A stretch of DNA of 64,000 bases from an uncultured Bacteroidales bacterium (GTDB lineage Bacteria > Bacteroidota > Bacteroidia > Bacteroidales > UBA10428), in NCBI GenBank assembly GCA_964560225.1, contig CAZLLD010000006.1, forward strand, positions 10,179 through 74,178, written 5' to 3'. Below, piece after piece: positions 41,544 to 50,268 of the stretch. Position numbers and translations under genes: made by a program. Position 1 is the first letter of the stretch; every line of letters begins with the position of its first letter. The notes below the pieces were generated by a model. It searched no databases. It was not told where the DNA came from and was given only the letters and a program-made list of their open reading frames with translations.

Positions 41544-41669
41544 TAAAAAAATGGGGATAACATTTATAAAAAGATTATAAAATATTATATACCTATATAA
41601 ATATGGGGTACATATTATTAAAATAGATTTTATAAAAACCAGATGGATGCCAATCACCGTAATACAGGA

Positions 41670-41711
41670 AAGGATGACTGGGCGAAGATCCAGAAAGGAA
41701 AATCCAAGAGC
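41670..41711 (+). pseudogene. relic of a glnS 3' end (14 codons, [14 protein letters not shown])
   Basis: 39/40 nt identical to glnS 26929-26968. The stop codon is lost and there is no upstream GlnRS coding sequence. Confidence 0.5.
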
Positions 41712-41785
41712 CAAGAGTCAAGAATCAAGAGCCAAGAGCCAAGACTAGGAGCAGTGTCAGTAGCACCAGCAGTAGCAGGGGGTGG
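41670..41785. repeat. copy 2 of the glnS-3'-end composite repeat (same orientation as copy 1)
   Basis: Same unit counts as copy 1: 7 heptamers at 41702-41750 and hexamers at 41751-41780. The G-rich tail resumes at 41879-41905. Confidence 0.9.
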
Positions 41786-41878
41786 GTGGAAAACCCCGTT
41801 GGGGAGCCTCTGGGCAATAATTGGGTATACAAATGCAATTAGTTTTTAGGAATGCATTAGGTAAAAACGTTCCCCGAC

Positions 41879-41901
41879 GGGGTGCAGGGTAGGGGGTAGG
41901 G
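41879..41901 (+). other. canonical G-quadruplex motif
   Basis: GGGG-TGCA-GGG-TA-GGGGG-TA-GGG: four G3+ tracts with loops of 4 nt or less. Confidence 0.5.
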
Positions 41902-41960
41902 AAGCTGAAGTAGCAGACCAGTCAAATCCCAGCTCCCAAAACACAATACACACACATCAA

Positions 41961-42002
41961 GTATCCAGTATCGAATATCGAGCATCCAGTATCGAGTATC
42001 GA
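41961..42002. repeat. tandem heptamer array RYATCSA x6
   Basis: GTATCCA GTATCGA ATATCGA GCATCCA GTATCGA GTATCGA. Confidence 0.9.
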
Positions 42003-42043
42003 GCCTTTTTCAACTTTTATTTTGAAATAACCAATACTCTTTA

Positions 42044-42051
42044 TACTTTTG
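42044..42051 (+). promoter_or_regulatory. Bacteroidota -7 box TACTTTTG for tRNA-Gln
   Basis: TAnnTTTG match 28 nt upstream of the tRNA 5' end. Confidence 0.6.
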
Positions 42052-42078
42052 CCTCACTTTTTTCGGAAAGTGAAATAT

Positions 42079-42152
42079 TGCCCTGTGGTGTAACTGGCTA
42101 ACACGTCTGACTCTGGATCAGAAGAGTCTAGGTTCGAGTCCTAGCAGGGCAA
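42079..42152 (+). tRNA. tRNA-Gln (anticodon CUG)
   Basis: Hand-folded: acceptor TGCCCTG/CAGGGCA, D-stem GTGT/ACAC, anticodon stem TCTGA/TCAGA with loop CTCTGGA, T-arm CTAGG-TTCGAGT-CCTAG. Confidence 0.9.
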
Positions 42153-42160
42153 CAAAAAAA

Positions 42161-42189
42161 GCGACACCTTGTAATGGTGCCGCTTTTTT
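42161..42189 (+). terminator. rho-independent terminator after tRNA-Gln
   Basis: GCGACACC-loop-GGTGCCGC stem followed by TTTTTT. Confidence 0.75.
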
Positions 42190-42346
42190 CGTTCGATGTG
42201 GGACTATTTTCTTATGAATTCATCCTCATCCCATTTCACCGGATTATTGCGAATGTATAGTTGGATTCGTTGGAATGATTTGTCCCTTAATCCAATAAAT
42301 CAATATTGTGATTAAAACCTTACAGGCTCAACCAAACGTATTATTT

Positions 42347-44845
42347 TCAGAATCCTTTTGTGAGCCTGAGCACTCCAACTGACAAAGGAGCAATATCCAA
42401 AGAGACCGTGTTGTCAGAAACAGATACTTCCTTTTTCTCGACAGACACTGCATTTGGTGAATCCATAGAATTTTCAGCTGTCAGCGAGCCCGGGGCGATA
42501 TACTCGTATCCGGCACCCTTCAAAGATTTCCAGTCTCCCTTGACCGACAAACCGCAGGCATTTTCGGTCGGGTTCACAATTTTGACGATGACCTCTTTCC
42601 CGTTTTCAGAGAGCGTCGTGCTGATGCTTAAACTCCCGGTTTCTCCGGTATAGGATAAACGATACCTGGAAAAGTTGTCATACCATAATTTGGTAACCAG
42701 GTAATTAGGGGCAACAAACAGGCCTTTGTAATCGAAATTGATAAACGCATTGTTCCAGTCAGGTGCATCGGTGCGACGGATGAACAGGGCTGCAGCGCCC
42801 ATTTCAACAACAGGCCGCTGTTCGCAAACATTCAGAAATCCTCCCGCAAATAAGCCGGTACGCCAGTCAATGCTGCTCAGGTTCCACTCTGAAATATAGA
42901 GTTTGATATTTGGATTGGGGCACGAGGCAATCATTTCGGCATATTGGTCATATTGGGCAGCAAGTCTTACGGGGCCGGTGGCATATCCGTCGGGTCTCTC
43001 ATAATGATGCAGGCTGACATAATCGAAGTAGCTGCCAGAACGGTTCAGGAATTCCTTATCTGTCTCCATTCCAAATCCTCCGCAAACGACTATCTTAATG
43101 TCCGGATCAACCTTTCGCATGGCAGTTGAAAATTCCCGCACTGCAGCCTCGTATTTTTCAATTCCGTACTCCCACATTTCATTGTCAATCTCCCAATAGG
43201 TTACATTGTAGGGTTCAGGATGTCCGTTAGCTGCCCTGACGCTTCCCCATTTGCCTGTTGCAGGCTCATTGCAGTATGCAACCCAGTCACAGGCTTCCTG
43301 AAGTATTTCGGCATGTTCCGATTCAGGCCGGTCAAAACCGATTCGTACGACCATCACCGGCTCGGAATTAATCTGGCGGCAGAGCTGGATGAATTCATCT
43401 GTCCCAAAACTATTCTGATCGTAATTCATCCACATATAATGAGCCCAGCGCTCACGGTTTTCCTGTGGGCCAATTCCCCATTTCCAGCTGTACTGAGCAG
43501 CATAGCCTCCACCCGGCCAACGAAGATTGGTTGGGGCCAGTTCCTGAACAGCTTTGTAGATATCGGGTCTGAAACCTCCCAGGCTTATTGCAGTGCGCGA
43601 CATCATGCTGATCTGGTCAACCTGAACGCTGCCGTTTTTTGCCCCGATGGCAAGGTCGGCATCGCCTTCATAATCTCCCGCTTCGAGTGAAAATTCGTAT
43701 TTCTTCCAATCGCCAACCGGTTTGCCGATTACCTGGGAAGCAATATATCTGCCTCCGGAAACAAAACCCAGGGTCAACTCTGCAGAGCCATCGCCCTTTG
43801 CCCAAATGGAACCGGTATAAACCTCCCCTTTCTTTATTGAAAAAGGTCCCTGAGCAATTCCTGTTGATTCAGAAGTGGCTGATATCTTTTGCGAGTATTT
43901 CATGTTCACTGCATCGCCTTTCACCATTTCATAGTTGCCGTTTCCGAATGATTTCCATTGAGGAGCAACAGCAGGTATTTTTACTACCTCAGGCATTCCT
44001 TCGAGGTACACGGTTTTGCCATCAGGGGAAGTTATGCTGATATTTTTAAAATCGGCGTCGGTATAGTTTACCCCAAATGAAATTGCGTTTTTTGCCAATG
44101 GATTATCCAGATTGTTGTACTTCAGAATCCTTTTCCCGTCCCAGAACACGCTGACACTTTTACCGATGCAACTGATGCGCAGATTGTGCCATGCCTCTGC
44201 AGGATCTAACTGGCCGGGCTTCACCAATGCACTGGCAACGGGTTCCCAAACCGATATTTTCATCGGTTTGCCATCGCGGCCCTGACGTTCTGTTATTGAC
44301 TCTTTCTCGATGGCAAATGTGGCTTCTTTGGCAGGTTGCGGATTTCGCGGGTTTGCAGGTTCGTATTGCGGATCATGTATGCGGAAACGATAACTGAGCC
44401 CATCGGAAATATCCCTGAATTCCACCCTCATATCGGCATAACCACCGCTCCACATATGCCGGCTGAGCTTGTACGAACGCCATTTGATATCCGTGTTGAT
44501 CACATAGCTGTCGCCATGGATTGTTGTCATTGGGATAGGCTGTTCATATAGGGTGGGTGACTGAAGAACGTGGTTGTCATCTTCGTACCAGCCATCGAAA
44601 AAACCATCGCGTGGTGGAATTCCGGGGTATTGCTCAGGTTCAAATGAACGCTCGGCAATCATTTCACCCCATAATCCGCCGTCAGCAGAAAAATAAATGT
44701 GTTCAAAAAGCTGGCCGTAAACCTTGGAGTCAATTATTCCTGATGGTTTTGCTGATTCAACGGTGATGGATGCCATTTGAGATTGCTGGGCAGACAGAAA
44801 ACTGCAGATCAATACAGCCGACAAAAAGAATAACAGTTTTTTCAT
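42347..44845 (-). CDS. secreted multidomain glycoside hydrolase, GH51-like (alpha-L-arabinofuranosidase family) with N-terminal lectin/DUF1080-like and CBM-like domains
   Basis: Signal peptide. Catalytic region LRWPGGGYAAQYSWKWGIGP, YWEIDNEMW (acid/base Glu) and YISEWN (nucleophile Glu) fits clan GH-A / GH51. Confidence 0.6.
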   Translation of the reverse strand: MKKLLFFLSAVLICSFLSAQQSQMASITVESAKPSGIIDSKVYGQLFEHIYFSADGGLWGEMIAERSFEPEQYPGIPPRDGFFDGWYEDDNHVLQSPTLYEQPIPMTTIHGDSYVINTDIKWRSYKLSRHMWSGGYADMRVEFRDISDGLSYRFRIHDPQYEPANPRNPQPAKEATFAIEKESITERQGRDGKPMKISVWEPVASALVKPGQLDPAEAWHNLRISCIGKSVSVFWDGKRILKYNNLDNPLAKNAISFGVNYTDADFKNISITSPDGKTVYLEGMPEVVKIPAVAPQWKSFGNGNYEMVKGDAVNMKYSQKISATSESTGIAQGPFSIKKGEVYTGSIWAKGDGSAELTLGFVSGGRYIASQVIGKPVGDWKKYEFSLEAGDYEGDADLAIGAKNGSVQVDQISMMSRTAISLGGFRPDIYKAVQELAPTNLRWPGGGYAAQYSWKWGIGPQENRERWAHYMWMNYDQNSFGTDEFIQLCRQINSEPVMVVRIGFDRPESEHAEILQEACDWVAYCNEPATGKWGSVRAANGHPEPYNVTYWEIDNEMWEYGIEKYEAAVREFSTAMRKVDPDIKIVVCGGFGMETDKEFLNRSGSYFDYVSLHHYERPDGYATGPVRLAAQYDQYAEMIASCPNPNIKLYISEWNLSSIDWRTGLFAGGFLNVCEQRPVVEMGAAALFIRRTDAPDWNNAFINFDYKGLFVAPNYLVTKLWYDNFSRYRLSYTGETGSLSISTTLSENGKEVIVKIVNPTENACGLSVKGDWKSLKGAGYEYIAPGSLTAENSMDSPNAVSVEKKEVSVSDNTVSLDIAPLSVGVLRLTKGF

Positions 44846-45090
44846 AGAGTACAGTTATATTTAAACATTAAAGAGTTGAATTTTCAATATTTAAAACACC
44901 AGAAACAAAGTTGTGCATCATGGTCTGTTTATATATTACCTTTCAGAAATTCCACATACAGGAGGGGTGCCCGACACCAAAAATCATATAGTAAATCAAA
45001 TGTATTAATATTTCTGAAATTAAGTGCAGCATAATCTGATTACAAAATCACGGATTGACAAAGAATGTGTAAATTGGAGATTTATTTTAT

Positions 45091-47952
45091 ATGCAGAAAC
45101 TGTTATCATTACCTGAGAGCCTGGTTCAATCGTTTCACGAAATTACGGGAAATAGCAGGGACCAATGGTTTGTAATGAGCGACCCGGAAGGATCAAAGAT
45201 CGGGTCGGGCGGGGGAACCGCCTGGTTGCTTGCCGGACATCACAAAAAAGTTGATCATTCAGGGTCTTTTGCCGATTACCTGGCAAGAGACAAAAAAATA
45301 ATCATTCACGCCGGAGGCCAAAGCCGCAGGTTACCCGCCTACGCACCCTCGGGAAAGATCCTTGCGCCTGTACCTGTAGTCCGCTGGAGCAGGGGACAAC
45401 GGATCGATCAGACCCTGCTCGATTTACAACTGCCCCTTCTGGAACGCATTATGGAAGCATCAGGTACCGGGCAGCATGTGATGATAACAGCCGGCGATGT
45501 GCTGATACAATCTGCCGATATTCCTCTTGCCCTGCCTGATGTGGATGTGGTATGCTTCGGTATCTGGACCGATCCGCACCTGGCTTCACGGCACGGTGTG
45601 TTTTTTACTCCGCGCAACAATCCGCAACAACTCGATTTCATGCTTCAGAAAGCCGGCCTGGGAACCATTGAAAGGCTGTCGGAATCGCATCTTTACCTGA
45701 TGGATGTGGGTATCTGGATATTGAGTGACAAGGCGGTTGGTTTGCTGATGAAAAAATGCGGATATGAGGGCATGGATTTCAGGAACGGAGTGCCGGATTT
45801 TTATGACCTCTATGGTTCTTTTGGAACCTGCCTGGGAAATCATCCTTCTGTTGCGGATTTGGAAATCGGGCAGCTTTCTTCGGCAGTTGTGCCCATGAAC
45901 CAGGGCTTGTTTTATCATTACGGCACATCTCCTGAGCTGATTACCTCAACGGAAAGCATTCAAAACCATGTCCTTGACCAGCGGAATATCATGCACAACA
46001 GGGTGAAGCCACATCCATCCATATTTGTGCAGAATGCGCTTGCCGACATTGACTGGTCAGGCCGCCATCACCACATATGGATTGAAAACAGCCACATACC
46101 TTCAACATGGACAATTCAGAACCATCATGTGATCACCGGCATTCCGGGAAATGACTGGGAGATAAGCCTGGATTCAGGGATCTGCCTGGATGTTGTTCCT
46201 GTCGGAGATCAGGAGTTCTGTATCAGGGCCTATGGCATGCAGGATAATTTCAGCGGACGGGTTGGTGATGCAGACACCCTATGGATGGGAAAGCCTTTAA
46301 AGCAATGGTTTGATGAAAGGGGTATCACTTTTGACAAGGCCGGGTTGGCCCATGACATGGATATGCAGGCCGCTCCCCTGTTTCCGGTGCTGGCAATGCC
46401 GGTGGCAACTGAAATGATGATTCAATGGATACTCAAAGGTGAAGGTCTGTCCGATCAGCGGGCACAATGGCTGTCATCGGCGCGGTTGTCAGCAGCAGAC
46501 ATCAGCGCAAAAGCCAATATGAAAAGGCTGTTCAGCCAGCGTAACCGTTTCAGGCTGCAGAATCTGCATAAATTGTCGGTAAATTACAGGCGCAGCATAT
46601 TCTACCAGGCGGATCTCAGGCACATTGCCGGAGAATTTGCAAAAGCCGGACTGGATGTGCCGGAACCATTGCCCGAAGATGAATCCCCCATGCTGCGTTT
46701 CAGAAATTACATGTTCCGCTCGGAGGCAATGCGGCTTAAAGGTCTTGAAGGAAGCCAGGAGGAAGCAAAGTCATTTGATGTGCTGCGAACGGCTATCACC
46801 AGCCCGGCACTTAAAAAACAGATGCCGAAGCGCCATGTTTATGCCGACCAGATTGTCTGGGGTCGCAGTCCGGCCCGGCTTGACCTGGCCGGAGGCTGGT
46901 CCGATACCCCTCCGTACTGCATTCAAAATGGCGGATCGGTACTTAACATGGCCGTTGATTTGAATGGCCAGCCGCCAATACAGGTATATGTCCGGCTTTG
47001 CCCTGAAAAGCGGATTACGCTCAGATCCATTGACAACGGATTATCCGAAACCATCAGCTCATTTGAGGATATATTGTCATACAACCAGGTTGGTTCTGTT
47101 TTTTCCATTCCAAAGGCTGCCTTGTATATAGCCGGATTTCATCCCGATTTCTGTGCTGTTCGTTACCGTTCACTGGAGGAGCAGCTCGATGATTTCGGCG
47201 GAGGTTTTGAGATTTCCTTACTGACAGCAATACCCAAAGGTTCGGGCTTGGGTACCAGTTCCATACTGGCTGCCACCTTGCTCGGATCGCTGTCAGACTT
47301 TTGCTCGCTGGAGTGGAACCAGCCGGTTATATGTCACAATACGCTCATACTGGAACAGTTGCTGACAACCGGAGGAGGGTGGCAGGATCAGTACGGCGGC
47401 ATTTTTCATGGTATCAAGCTTATTGAATCTGACCCGGGAACCCAGGAGAAAGTGGGTATCAGGTGGTTGCCCGAAGGATTGTTCAGCAATATGGAGTACA
47501 AGGACAACTGGCTGCTTTATTTTACGGGAATCACCCGCATTGCAAAAAACATCCTTTCGGAGATTGTGCGCGGCATGTTTCTGAACGAAGGGCATCGCCT
47601 GCGCATCCTCGACGAAATAAAGCAGCATGCATACCATATGGCAGACGCACTGCAGCGGTCAGATTACACGCTTACCGCCGGCATGTTAGCCAGGTCGTGG
47701 AAGCTGAACAAGGCACTGGACAGTGGTACCAACACACCTGAAATTCAGCAGATAATCAATCAAATCAACGACCTGGCATTGGGATATAAACTGCCCGGCG
47801 CAGGAGGGGGAGGGTACATGCTCATTGCTGCAAAAGACAAGGATGCGGCTGCCAGGATACAGGCGGTTCTTACCAGGAATCCTCCCAACAACAAAGCAAG
47901 ATTTGTGAAAATGAATGTCAGTCAGGTTGGTTTCCAGGTGACCCGCTCATAA
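45091..47952 (+). CDS. fkp: bifunctional L-fucokinase / fucose-1-phosphate guanylyltransferase
   Basis: 953 aa. N-terminus MQKLLSLPESLVQSFHE..GSGGGTAWLL resembles Bacteroides Fkp. C-terminal GHMP kinase motif PKGSGLGTSSILAA. Confidence 0.9.
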   Translation: MQKLLSLPESLVQSFHEITGNSRDQWFVMSDPEGSKIGSGGGTAWLLAGHHKKVDHSGSFADYLARDKKIIIHAGGQSRRLPAYAPSGKILAPVPVVRWSRGQRIDQTLLDLQLPLLERIMEASGTGQHVMITAGDVLIQSADIPLALPDVDVVCFGIWTDPHLASRHGVFFTPRNNPQQLDFMLQKAGLGTIERLSESHLYLMDVGIWILSDKAVGLLMKKCGYEGMDFRNGVPDFYDLYGSFGTCLGNHPSVADLEIGQLSSAVVPMNQGLFYHYGTSPELITSTESIQNHVLDQRNIMHNRVKPHPSIFVQNALADIDWSGRHHHIWIENSHIPSTWTIQNHHVITGIPGNDWEISLDSGICLDVVPVGDQEFCIRAYGMQDNFSGRVGDADTLWMGKPLKQWFDERGITFDKAGLAHDMDMQAAPLFPVLAMPVATEMMIQWILKGEGLSDQRAQWLSSARLSAADISAKANMKRLFSQRNRFRLQNLHKLSVNYRRSIFYQADLRHIAGEFAKAGLDVPEPLPEDESPMLRFRNYMFRSEAMRLKGLEGSQEEAKSFDVLRTAITSPALKKQMPKRHVYADQIVWGRSPARLDLAGGWSDTPPYCIQNGGSVLNMAVDLNGQPPIQVYVRLCPEKRITLRSIDNGLSETISSFEDILSYNQVGSVFSIPKAALYIAGFHPDFCAVRYRSLEEQLDDFGGGFEISLLTAIPKGSGLGTSSILAATLLGSLSDFCSLEWNQPVICHNTLILEQLLTTGGGWQDQYGGIFHGIKLIESDPGTQEKVGIRWLPEGLFSNMEYKDNWLLYFTGITRIAKNILSEIVRGMFLNEGHRLRILDEIKQHAYHMADALQRSDYTLTAGMLARSWKLNKALDSGTNTPEIQQIINQINDLALGYKLPGAGGGGYMLIAAKDKDAAARIQAVLTRNPPNNKARFVKMNVSQVGFQVTRS

Positions 47953-48008
47953 AGTCAAATGAAATAAGAATTGTTCATTAGCTTTGATAGTAATTAAGAT
48001 TATCTGCC

Positions 48009-49577
48009 ATGAAAACTCCAGGCTTGAAATCAGCTGTTGTCGCTATTGTCCTTTTTGTTTGTTTGAACCCTGTAACTGCCCAGGAGATTCATGTTTCCGG
48101 CAGTGAAAAGGAAATATACAGCAGCCTCGTCAGCATGCATCAGATTTTCGCGCATGACCGGGATTATTTTTACGTGATCAAACAGGCAGGTTCGCAGCAC
48201 ATCTTTGAAAAGCTTGATCAGGAACTCAACAAGGTTCATGAAGAACAGATAAAACTTTACAAAGGTCTGAAAACATTTGACCTGGAAGCCCTGGTGCATT
48301 TTCACAATGAGCTCTACCTTTTTGTATCCCATCGCAGATTCAATGAAACCGTACTTTATTATCAAAAACTAGATAAAAACAGCCTGCTCGCTTTAACTGA
48401 ACTGATTGAACTGACCACGGTTCATTTTGTTAACGGAAACTGGGCAGATTTTCATATAGTGCTTTCAAGAAATGAAACCAAGCTGCTGATTGCATCAAGA
48501 ATTAAGCTGAAGATGACGGGCGCCCAGTTTAATGAATATTATGTGTTTGATGAAGGATTGCGTTTGGTATGGAAAAGGAAAGACAGCTTCACATATCAGG
48601 GACAGGGGCCCAGAGATAATACATATCTTGTTGATGAGGCAGGCAATGTTTCCATTCTCAGCCTGCTGAAAAGAGAGTCAATACTTTCACTGTTTCAGGA
48701 AGTAAAGAATATGTATGTTATCTACCGCTATACCCATGAAGGAAATGTCTTCACAGAGTATCCGCTGACCCTGCCTGAATTGTTTATCAGGGGAATAAAA
48801 ATCATAGGAAGTGAAGATGGGGAATTGTTATGCGCCGGATTTTTTTCGGAAATACTAAAGTTTGGAGTTCGCGGGACTTTCTTTTTTAAGATTGATGACC
48901 AATCGCGTCTCATCTCAAATATCCGCCTGAACAAGTTTGATGAGTCGTTTTTGGCGGAACTTGCCGGAATCAAAGATCCGATGCTCAGAAATGATGAACT
49001 GGTGGATTATGTCATTTCTGATATGGTTTTCAGAAATAACGGAAAAATCCTGGTTATTGCCGAACAGGTTTTCAACCAGAATTTTGATAATTACAATCAC
49101 CTGATTGTTACCTGTTATGAAAGAAGCGGAGAGGTGTACTGGACAAAGTTAATCAGGAAGAAGCAAAGTTTTAATTTTAGAACTGCAGAATCGGAACTTT
49201 TCGAGTTGTCGGATTACAGAAGCTTTGTCAGAGAGACCGGCTATATGAATCCTTTTTGGAACAACAACTGTTCCTATGCCCTGATGGCTCCGCTGGATAA
49301 ATCGGGGATCATTCTTTTCTTCAACGATGATATCCGGAACTTAGAAAAGCATTCGTCACTAAAAACATTCAGCAATCCCAGAAAATCCTATTTAAAGGCA
49401 GTGGCTGTTGATGAGTATGGAAATATTTCGGAAAAGCCGGTTTTAAAATGGAAAAGGAAGGCTTCATTCCCCGAACCGATCAGGTATTATGATACGCTTT
49501 CAGATACCATAGTGATTCCTGCTTTTAGAAACAGAAGCATTAGTTTTTACAGGATATCTGCTGATTTCATTCGCTGA
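48009..49577 (+). CDS. hypothetical secreted protein (522 aa)
   Basis: Cleavable signal peptide (..CLNPVTAQE). Beta-rich, aromatic-rich sequence with no family recognised. AT-richer than fkp by eye. Confidence 0.6.
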   Translation: MKTPGLKSAVVAIVLFVCLNPVTAQEIHVSGSEKEIYSSLVSMHQIFAHDRDYFYVIKQAGSQHIFEKLDQELNKVHEEQIKLYKGLKTFDLEALVHFHNELYLFVSHRRFNETVLYYQKLDKNSLLALTELIELTTVHFVNGNWADFHIVLSRNETKLLIASRIKLKMTGAQFNEYYVFDEGLRLVWKRKDSFTYQGQGPRDNTYLVDEAGNVSILSLLKRESILSLFQEVKNMYVIYRYTHEGNVFTEYPLTLPELFIRGIKIIGSEDGELLCAGFFSEILKFGVRGTFFFKIDDQSRLISNIRLNKFDESFLAELAGIKDPMLRNDELVDYVISDMVFRNNGKILVIAEQVFNQNFDNYNHLIVTCYERSGEVYWTKLIRKKQSFNFRTAESELFELSDYRSFVRETGYMNPFWNNNCSYALMAPLDKSGIILFFNDDIRNLEKHSSLKTFSNPRKSYLKAVAVDEYGNISEKPVLKWKRKASFPEPIRYYDTLSDTIVIPAFRNRSISFYRISADFIR

Positions 49578-50034
49578 TGAACTCGGCAAGTAATTTCATT
49601 TTAAAAAATAAATTGGAAAACTGCAGGGCGATGTTTGTGCTTTCAATACGATTCAGCGAACCATGGTATTTTTTCTGATTCAGCAGGTCTTCAATTTTTT
49701 CATCGATATTCTTGAATAACCAGGCACAATCCTTGCCGATGTACCGTTTGTTTCTTTCATCATGAACGTGATTCTCCTTGACAGATCCTGCCTTAATGGT
49801 CTGAAAAGCAAAATGGTCCTGGCGCGCTTTTTTAATCGTATCGTTTTTGATCAGGTCGAGCAGCCGGTCATAATCAACTACTTGTGATTTCTGTGCCGTT
49901 TCAAAAGCTTTGATATTGATATGCAATTCCCTGAGCAACAAGTCTCCGGTTGCACGGTTGTTCTTTATCAGATTTCCCAGGCTGGAGATCAAGCCTGTGA
50001 TGTCTTTAACGCCGGATAACCAGTCTAATGCCAT
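49567..50034 (-). CDS. hypothetical cytoplasmic helical protein (~155 aa)
   Basis: ORF with ATG at 50034 (the ORF-track start at 50046 is a TTG). Its 3' end overlaps the convergent 522-aa gene by 11 nt. No family recognised. Confidence 0.45.
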   Translation of the reverse strand: MALDWLSGVKDITGLISSLGNLIKNNRATGDLLLRELHINIKAFETAQKSQVVDYDRLLDLIKNDTIKKARQDHFAFQTIKAGSVKENHVHDERNKRYIGKDCAWLFKNIDEKIEDLLNQKKYHGSLNRIESTNIALQFSNLFFKMKLLAEFISE

Positions 50035-50056
50035 AAGGGGTGTCAATTAAAGTTTG

Positions 50057-50189
50057 GAGGTTGTCTCAAAAGGCCGTTGAAGTAGGAACGTCATTGCGAA
50101 CGAAGTGAAGCAATCTATTGCAAATGAACAGATTGCTTCGGTCGTGCCTCCCTCGCAATGACAAATCGCAAGCCTTTTGAGACAACCTC
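50057..50189. repeat. nested-palindrome intergenic element, copy 2 (full length, inverted relative to 2260-2391)
   Basis: Same outer arms, GAGGTTGTCTCAAAAGGC / GCCTTTTGAGACAACCTC. Its reverse complement matches copy 1 almost base for base. Confidence 0.9.
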
Positions 50190-50268
50190 TAAATTTAGCA
50201 ATTAACTGAATATGATATTACATAATTACCGAAAGTATCAATGTGACTGTAATAAGCGAAATTCTTTC

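Noticed and set aside
41472-41849. 80-aa (minus) and 68-aa (plus) ORFs in the amt upstream region
   Set aside because: The first is an AT-rich promoter region read as an Ile/Phe/Tyr-rich peptide. The second is the glnS-relic plus heptamer/hexamer arrays read through, so I treated it as a pseudogene fragment rather than a gene.
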